Positions 58,636-64,000 of a stretch of DNA of 64,000 nucleotides are shown in pieces (the stretch's first letter is position 1; each line of letters starts with the position of its first letter). The stretch lies in the NCBI GenBank assembly GCA_947489585.1, contig CANLEE010000001.1:364946-428945 (forward strand), given 5' to 3'. The stretch comes from an uncultured Psychroserpens sp. (GTDB lineage Bacteria > Bacteroidota > Bacteroidia > Flavobacteriales > Flavobacteriaceae). A program made the translations under genes and the position numbers. The notes below the pieces were generated by a model. It had not been told where the DNA came from. It worked only from the letters and a program-made list of their open reading frames with translations, and searched no databases.

Positions 58636-59184
58636 ATGAATTTGGAATCAGAAAACAATAAAAAACTTAAGGATTTTTTCTCAAGAGAATACCACGCTCT
58701 TAAGGGTTATGTGAATTCCAAAATAAATGATACTGCTAGTCGTGATGCTGAAGACATAATTCAAGATGTTGCTCTAAAATTATTCTCTGGAGCAGATAGA
58801 TATGCACCTATAAATAATGTGGCTGGCTTTGTTTATAGGTCAATTAAAAACAAAATAATTGATGTCATGAGAACTTCTAAACCAACGAGTTCTATTGACG
58901 CAGATTATAATTTATTAGAATTTGTAGAGGTCATCCAGCAAACAACTGAAAATTATACATCAGATAAAATGATTTCAATATTAAAAGACTGTATACAACA
59001 ACTAAAGCCGCCATATAGAGATATCATAATTGCCATAGATTTTGAAGGGTACTCTTATAAAGAAATCTCAAATGAAACAGGAATCCCAGAAGGCACTCTA
59101 ATGTCTAGAAGGCATAGAGCTATAGGGATATTATATAATAAAATAGAATTAAAAATTAATGAACATAAAATAGATATATCATGA
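58636..59184 (+). CDS. ECF RNA polymerase sigma factor
   Basis: DAEDIIQDVAL, NKIIDVMR, YSYKEISNETGIPEGTLMSRRHRA. Confidence 0.92.
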   Translation: MNLESENNKKLKDFFSREYHALKGYVNSKINDTASRDAEDIIQDVALKLFSGADRYAPINNVAGFVYRSIKNKIIDVMRTSKPTSSIDADYNLLEFVEVIQQTTENYTSDKMISILKDCIQQLKPPYRDIIIAIDFEGYSYKEISNETGIPEGTLMSRRHRAIGILYNKIELKINEHKIDIS

Positions 59185-59600
59185 CAAATTTTTTCACTCA
59201 TAAATTCAGAAAAAAATCACCAATTGAAATTGTAGGAATAATCATTTTTGGTGTCATTGCCATTACAGGGTTAGCCATTTTATTTGGCTTTGTAATCATG
59301 TGGCTATGGAATTGGCTTATGCCAGATATTTTTGGATTAACAACACTCACGTATTGGCAAGCTGTTGGTCTATTCATACTACTCAAATTACTCCTTGGAG
59401 GCTGTGGAAGCGGAAGTAAAAAATCATCAAAAAAATCAAACGATGCTTGTAAAAAAGATTCAAAAACAGATTTTTCTAAATGGAAACACTATGACAAGTT
59501 TTGGAAAGAAGAAGGCGATGAATATTATAAGCAATATGTCGAAAAACAAACAAAGCCTCTTGAAAATGAAATATCAAAAATCGATTCAGAAGAACTTTAA
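59181..59600 (+). CDS. Small membrane protein coupled to the ECF sigma
   Basis: Two TM segments, WLWNWLMP-IFGL and YWQAVGL motifs; ATGA overlap with the sigma gene. Confidence 0.7.
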   Translation: MTNFFTHKFRKKSPIEIVGIIIFGVIAITGLAILFGFVIMWLWNWLMPDIFGLTTLTYWQAVGLFILLKLLLGGCGSGSKKSSKKSNDACKKDSKTDFSKWKHYDKFWKEEGDEYYKQYVEKQTKPLENEISKIDSEEL

Positions 59601-59608
59601 ATCTCAAT

Positions 59609-59827
59609 ATGGAGCTGCTATTATTTCGAACAGATATTAAATCAAAGAAAAAAGTGAAATCTATAAAATCAATATTTAATGATCATATAGATATTTTAAA
59701 TTGGTCAATAGACCTTGAAGATATTGATAATGTGCTTAGAATTGAAGCCACTAAAAGCTTGTCTGAACAAGATGTTTTAGACTTGGTAAAAGCTCAAGGA
59801 TTTTATATTGAGGTCTTATCAGATTAA
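59609..59827 (+). CDS. Small HMA/ferredoxin-like fold protein without CxxC
   Basis: FRTDI...WSIDLEDIDNVLRIE pattern; 72 aa; last gene of the cassette. Confidence 0.6.
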   Translation: MELLLFRTDIKSKKKVKSIKSIFNDHIDILNWSIDLEDIDNVLRIEATKSLSEQDVLDLVKAQGFYIEVLSD

Positions 59828-59837
59828 AAACACGTCG

Positions 59838-60716
59838 CTACAACATCTGCAATGTATTTACCTCTTGTTGTGTCAAATGTTTCCAATGACCACGAGGTAA
59901 ATCCTTTTTTGTTAAATGCGCTATTTGAACACAATCAACTCGAATAATATCATATTTAAAGTAATCAAAAATAGTATGCAAAATGGTGTTTCCTGTGTTC
60001 TTGATTTTAAGACCAATTTTGTTTTTTGACTCACCTTCAATATAACTTATTTCCTCAACGGCAACTAGCTTTCCTTCAGTTTTAAAACCGTCTTGAATTT
60101 TCTTAAAATCATCATATTTCAAATTTTTATCCAATTCAATTTCAAATAAACGAGAGACACCACTCTTAGAATTCGTGAATTTCTTCACAACCGTATCATC
60201 ATTAGTAAACAATAATAATCCTGTAGAATTTCGACCTAAACGACCTATAGGTTTAATACGTGCATTACTAGCATTAGCAACCAAATCCATAACAGTGCGT
60301 CCTTTACTTTCGCTAGTTGTTGTTGCAAACCCTTTAGGCTTGTTCAACAACACATATTCTTTTTTCTCAGGATTAATTCGAGCACCATCAAAACGTACAT
60401 CATCCTCTAACTTAACTTTGTAACCCATTTCAGTAACAACTTTTCCGTTTACGGTTACACTGCCTACTGAAATATGCATATCAGCATCTCTACGTGAGCA
60501 AATCCCAGAATTTGCAATATATTTATTTAAGCGAATCTCATCTGGATTAGATGGTTTAGCTGTTGAAGGTGTTCTTTTTTTTACTGGCGCATTTCCGCGT
60601 GTAAATTTTTTGCCTTTAGCATTATCTCCTCCTCTTCCTGATTGCTTATTGGTAGGCTTATTTTGTCCTCTGCCTGAAGATTTCCCCTTTCCACTACGTC
60701 CTTGCTGTCTGCTCAT
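59838..60716 (-). CDS. rluB: RluB/RsuA-family pseudouridine synthase homolog lacking the catalytic Asp
   Basis: S4 domain (RLNKYIANSGICSRRDAD), LLNKPKG, but GRLGRNSTGLLLFTND in place of GRLD. Confidence 0.88.
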   Translation of the reverse strand: MSRQQGRSGKGKSSGRGQNKPTNKQSGRGGDNAKGKKFTRGNAPVKKRTPSTAKPSNPDEIRLNKYIANSGICSRRDADMHISVGSVTVNGKVVTEMGYKVKLEDDVRFDGARINPEKKEYVLLNKPKGFATTTSESKGRTVMDLVANASNARIKPIGRLGRNSTGLLLFTNDDTVVKKFTNSKSGVSRLFEIELDKNLKYDDFKKIQDGFKTEGKLVAVEEISYIEGESKNKIGLKIKNTGNTILHTIFDYFKYDIIRVDCVQIAHLTKKDLPRGHWKHLTQQEVNTLQML

Positions 60717-60733
60717 GATGACTAAATTTTGCG

Positions 60734-60741
60734 CAAAGGTA
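60734..60741 (-). promoter_or_regulatory. Bacteroidota -7 promoter box for rluB
   Basis: TACCTTTG on the minus strand, 17 nt before the ATG. Confidence 0.65.
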
Positions 60742-60755
60742 GTATATTAGTTGAA

Positions 60756-61706
60756 CTAATCTACAAATTTAATAGTAGATTGACGTTCTCGATTAACAGA
60801 TAACTGTGTGACGTCTGGCCTTGAATAGTGACCAACAGGATCAAAATTTTGTCGCTCTTCTAAAACACGATTAAAATCTATAGTTTGATAAATTAAACCT
60901 TCTTTGTGCAATACAGGTTCTACAACCCACTCGCCATCAGGTCCTGCAATGCAACTTCCGCCATTAGCAAGAATTTTAGGTGCGTTTTCTAAAATACGGT
61001 CTAAGTTAGGTGTATCCTCTGGAAAGTCTTCTGTAGTCATTAAACTCGATACCGAAATCACATAGGATCGTGATTCTCTTGCAATAAAACGCGTGATATC
61101 TTTTGTGTTATGATCACTTCCTGGCCATACTGCAATGTGCAAGTTTTCACCTAAACCATAGAGAGCCGCTCTTGGTAAAGGCATCCAGTTCTCCCAGCAA
61201 TTCAATCCTCCTACTGTAAAATCTTTAAGTGGATGTACTTGCAATCCGTTTCCATCTCCTGGAGCCCAAGTGAGGCGCTCATCATAAGTAGGTTGCAATT
61301 TTCGATGAACCGATTCAATACTTCCGTTTTGATTAATATACACTAGAGAAGCATAAACACTATGACCTCCACGATCTTCTGGGCGTTCTATGATTCCTAA
61401 ATAAATAGACATCTTATGCTGATTGGCTAATTCACAAATGGTGTCTAAATCGCCTTTTTCTATTGTAATCGAATTTTTCACATAATGTGCATGCAACTCT
61501 TTATTGACTTGAGTATTCCACTCAGCACCTCCAGTTAATGCCAGCCAAAACGGATAACCAGGCACAAGCCCTTCTCCAAAAACTATAAGCTCAGCTTGTT
61601 CTTTTGAAGCTTCAACTATTGCATTTTCTACTTTTTGAAGTGTTTCTAATTTATTCAACCAAACTGGCGATATTTGAGCTAAAGCAACTTTAAGTGTATG
61701 ATTCAT
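60756..61706 (-). CDS. Nitrilase (carbon-nitrogen hydrolase)
   Basis: Glu-Lys-Cys triad in FGEGLVPGYP, HRKLQPT, GGLNCWEN; FDPVGHYSRPD. Confidence 0.92.
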   Translation of the reverse strand: MNHTLKVALAQISPVWLNKLETLQKVENAIVEASKEQAELIVFGEGLVPGYPFWLALTGGAEWNTQVNKELHAHYVKNSITIEKGDLDTICELANQHKMSIYLGIIERPEDRGGHSVYASLVYINQNGSIESVHRKLQPTYDERLTWAPGDGNGLQVHPLKDFTVGGLNCWENWMPLPRAALYGLGENLHIAVWPGSDHNTKDITRFIARESRSYVISVSSLMTTEDFPEDTPNLDRILENAPKILANGGSCIAGPDGEWVVEPVLHKEGLIYQTIDFNRVLEERQNFDPVGHYSRPDVTQLSVNRERQSTIKFVD

Positions 61707-62617
61707 TAGATACGATTTAAAACAACATTGACATTAATTAAAACGATACAAAACACGCCTGCTACAATGATAAATTTCAAAATGTTATGTAGTATTAAAT
61801 AGTGTGTTTTCGTTTTCGATTTCCACAGTAATAGTAGAAAAATAAGAAGTAACATTACAGAGAGGTAGAAAAATAAATACATATGACCTACATCATAACG
61901 ATTGAGCAGTAAATACACTGGAATACTTGTTAAGAGTATTAAAACCGTCAGCATTATTTTTGAGGCTTTTTCGCCATAAACTATAGGTATAGTTTTATAA
62001 TTAAGTAATAAATCGCCTTTCATGTTTTCCAAATCTTTGGTCAATTCACGCATTGAAATCATTAAAAATAAGAATACTGCATGTACAAAAATGACCGACT
62101 CAAAATTTTTATAATAAAGGAAAATGGCAAAGAATGGTAAAATCGTGAGTATCGCAGATGTTAGGTTTCCAATAAACGGAAGCTTCTTGAGCTTATGTGA
62201 ATAAAACCATATTCCGAAGATATAAACCGAGAAAAACAATACTGCGTTAAATGACACATAACTCGCCATCACTACTGCTGAAAAATTAAGTACAAAGTAA
62301 AACGAGAGCTTAGTGTTTTGGCTCACCAATCGATCTAACTTTGATTTATTAGGTCGATTGATTAAATCTTTTTCAGAATCATAGAAATTATTGATAATAT
62401 AACCAGCAGCAATTGTTGCAGCAGATGCCAAAACTAATAGCAATAAATTTAAATCAAATAGTACTTGTTTGAGTGGTTTATCATGTGCTAAAATATAAAC
62501 TGATGTCAAATATTGTGCAATAACAACGATAAGAATATTATAACCACGAACGACAGAAAACATACTAAAGAATTTTAGTAGGATATGTTTTTGTTTTCTG
62601 GAAAAGATAGAATTCAC
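61706..62617 (-). CDS. UbiA-family prenyltransferase (DGGGP-synthase-like)
   Basis: GYIINNFYDSEKDLINRP, RELTKDLEN-KGD, multiple TM helices. Start uncertain; in-frame GTG at 62617 chosen. Confidence 0.82.
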   Translation of the reverse strand: MNSIFSRKQKHILLKFFSMFSVVRGYNILIVVIAQYLTSVYILAHDKPLKQVLFDLNLLLLVLASAATIAAGYIINNFYDSEKDLINRPNKSKLDRLVSQNTKLSFYFVLNFSAVVMASYVSFNAVLFFSVYIFGIWFYSHKLKKLPFIGNLTSAILTILPFFAIFLYYKNFESVIFVHAVFLFLMISMRELTKDLENMKGDLLLNYKTIPIVYGEKASKIMLTVLILLTSIPVYLLLNRYDVGHMYLFFYLSVMLLLIFLLLLWKSKTKTHYLILHNILKFIIVAGVFCIVLINVNVVLNRI

Positions 62618-62618
62618 G

Positions 62619-63524
62619 TTATGGCTTTGATTGTTTAATTCTTTTAGCAATTTCTAAAGATAATCTATTTGCAGATTCAGGTATCATATGATGGGCATCA
62701 AAATAATTAAAGACATCGCCTTGAGTCGAAAAATTAAAATAGTGAACGCTCATTTCATTTGACATATGCTCTAATACATCATCAAAATTAGACATTAATT
62801 TGTTTTCAACTTCTAGCAAATCTAAATCAATAGGAAGTCGTATTAAATAGACCTCACCATAAGTCTTTAAATACGAAATAGTTTGTTTAAGGTATGCCAG
62901 TCTTAAGCTAGAAAACTGATACGCTTCTTGTTTAACGGTATAACGAGCAATAAGTTCTTTTTTCTGCTTTAAAATGTATTTATCAGACAATTGTAAACTG
63001 GAGCTCCATGAACCATCATCTTCTACAAAAAGAGGGGATCTATTATATAAGATTTTGATATACGGTTCTGAATAATTATGAATTAAGTAGTTAAAATTAG
63101 GATGAGAGTTAACTGTTGTAATGGTTCCTAAGAAATTTTTATTTTCCAAAAACATATTCAAATCATTAGGATCTTGACTATCATTTGATAAGACCCAAGG
63201 ATCAACACCAAGAATGAAAACTTGATTTTCAACTGTTGTATCTAGTTTTTGCTTGACACTATTTAAATAAGTGAGACCATAAGGGCTCGTATTGTATGTA
63301 AATGCATAATTAAAACTCTGAATATTTCCTAACTCTTTATCTATAATTGAAGGCTTTATCGCATACCCAATTCTTGATGACCCTAGAATTAAAGACGATT
63401 GTTTAGCTGAGCTAATTTTTTTATAAAATGGATCTGATTTACCATCGGCCATATAGAACACACCAGCTATGCTAGATAAAATAACTAAGGCAAATACTAC
63501 TATTTTTATCAAAAATATTTTCAA
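62619..63524 (-). CDS. SGNH/AlgJ-DltD-like partner of the MBOAT protein
   Basis: N-terminal anchor, LILGSSR (GDSL-like Ser block), YFDAHHM (DxxH); directly downstream of the MBOAT gene. Confidence 0.6.
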   Translation of the reverse strand: MKIFLIKIVVFALVILSSIAGVFYMADGKSDPFYKKISSAKQSSLILGSSRIGYAIKPSIIDKELGNIQSFNYAFTYNTSPYGLTYLNSVKQKLDTTVENQVFILGVDPWVLSNDSQDPNDLNMFLENKNFLGTITTVNSHPNFNYLIHNYSEPYIKILYNRSPLFVEDDGSWSSSLQLSDKYILKQKKELIARYTVKQEAYQFSSLRLAYLKQTISYLKTYGEVYLIRLPIDLDLLEVENKLMSNFDDVLEHMSNEMSVHYFNFSTQGDVFNYFDAHHMIPESANRLSLEIAKRIKQSKP

Positions 63525-63536
63525 ATCGTTTTTTTA

Positions 63537-64000
63537 TTAAAATTGAAAGTATATAAACGGTTGCTCTTGAACTCCAAATAAAAATATAATCATAACCAAC
63601 AGATAATAAAATGTATATCGTATTGGTTTTGAAAAGTGTTTGTTTATAGATTCTAAGGTATGATTGTTATCTCTCCCAAACCATTCTAAAATTATTAAAA
63701 TCCCAATAAAAAACAAACTGATAAGCATCTTCTCCTCTCCAACAAAATCAGGAATTGATATTAAAGAAGGTGAGAATAATGTCTTAAAATATACAAATGC
63801 GTGAGGTAAATTATCTGCTCTAAAGAAAACCCAAGCTAAAGTTACAATGGCAAAAGTATACAAGATAGAAAGGAGTTCTTTAGGTCTTGCAAAAAATCGA
63901 TTTTCAGACACTGTATTTAAATATTTTCGATTGGTATTAAACAAAAATAAAGGCACAAAAAATAATGCATGTAAAAACCCCCAAAATATGAATGTCCAAT
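63537..64000 (-). CDS. MBOAT family O-acyltransferase (AlgI/DltB-like), 3' part only
   Basis: Frame runs off the window end: WTFIFWGFLHAL, VTLAWVFFRA, C-terminal FIYFQF. Confidence 0.85.
   Translation of the reverse strand, partial: WTFIFWGFLHALFFVPLFLFNTNRKYLNTVSENRFFARPKELLSILYTFAIVTLAWVFFRADNLPHAFVYFKTLFSPSLISIPDFVGEEKMLISLFFIGILIILEWFGRDNNHTLESINKHFSKPIRYTFYYLLVMIIFLFGVQEQPFIYFQF

Noticed and set aside
1882-60423. Numerous 60-140 aa ORFs in the track (e.g. 2727-3044, 6541-6822, 8115-8417, 13385-13717, 27650-28069, 33611-34015, 45159-45416, 45206-45409, 59365-59640, 60175-60423)
   Set aside because: They are antisense or off-frame shadows of well-supported genes, with no motifs of their own.
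62606-62650. Second ATC in place of an expected ATG (IFSRKQK) in the UbiA gene
   Set aside because: An in-frame GTG at 62617 offers a normal start three codons upstream, so no unusual initiation is needed.
1-64000. rRNA, tRNA, CRISPR arrays, IS elements, integrases, prophage
   Set aside because: No such sequence or protein motif was recognised; intergenic regions are short and mostly explained by promoters and terminators.

Overview
AT-rich bacterial chromosome segment. Gene content and TAnnTTTG promoters point to a marine Flavobacteriaceae (Bacteroidota); this assignment is inference. No rRNA, tRNA, CRISPR array, transposase or integrase was seen. From start to end: (1) nitrogen assimilation genes, gltBD divergent from a porin-PII-amtB operon, with paired palindromic operator candidates between them; (2) leuACDB and a divergent 515-aa helical protein; (3) a purine catabolism operon (guaD, xdhAB, allB, alc, puuD, fused uraD-uraH, a CitE-like DUF6986 protein) converging on an xdhC-membrane protein-NTPase operon; (4) a ~24 kb region (31165-55352) holding arsenosugar genes (AhpD-like, arsS, arsM, two DUF2064, rhodanese, PNP, TIGR04283 GT), PiT, a desaturase, two DUF547, outer-membrane proteins, GH113, a redox pair and three more glycosyltransferases, interrupted by an ECF sigma module; (5) a mixed tail with a small ECF cassette bounded by a relic of the rluB 3' end, an RluB lacking its catalytic Asp, a nitrilase, a UbiA prenyltransferase and an MBOAT pair. 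The best candidate for an undescribed system is the extended arsenosugar cluster, which may complete arsenoriboside synthesis and link it to a lipid or surface glycan. All family assignments come from motif recognition and memory of families; no database search was run.
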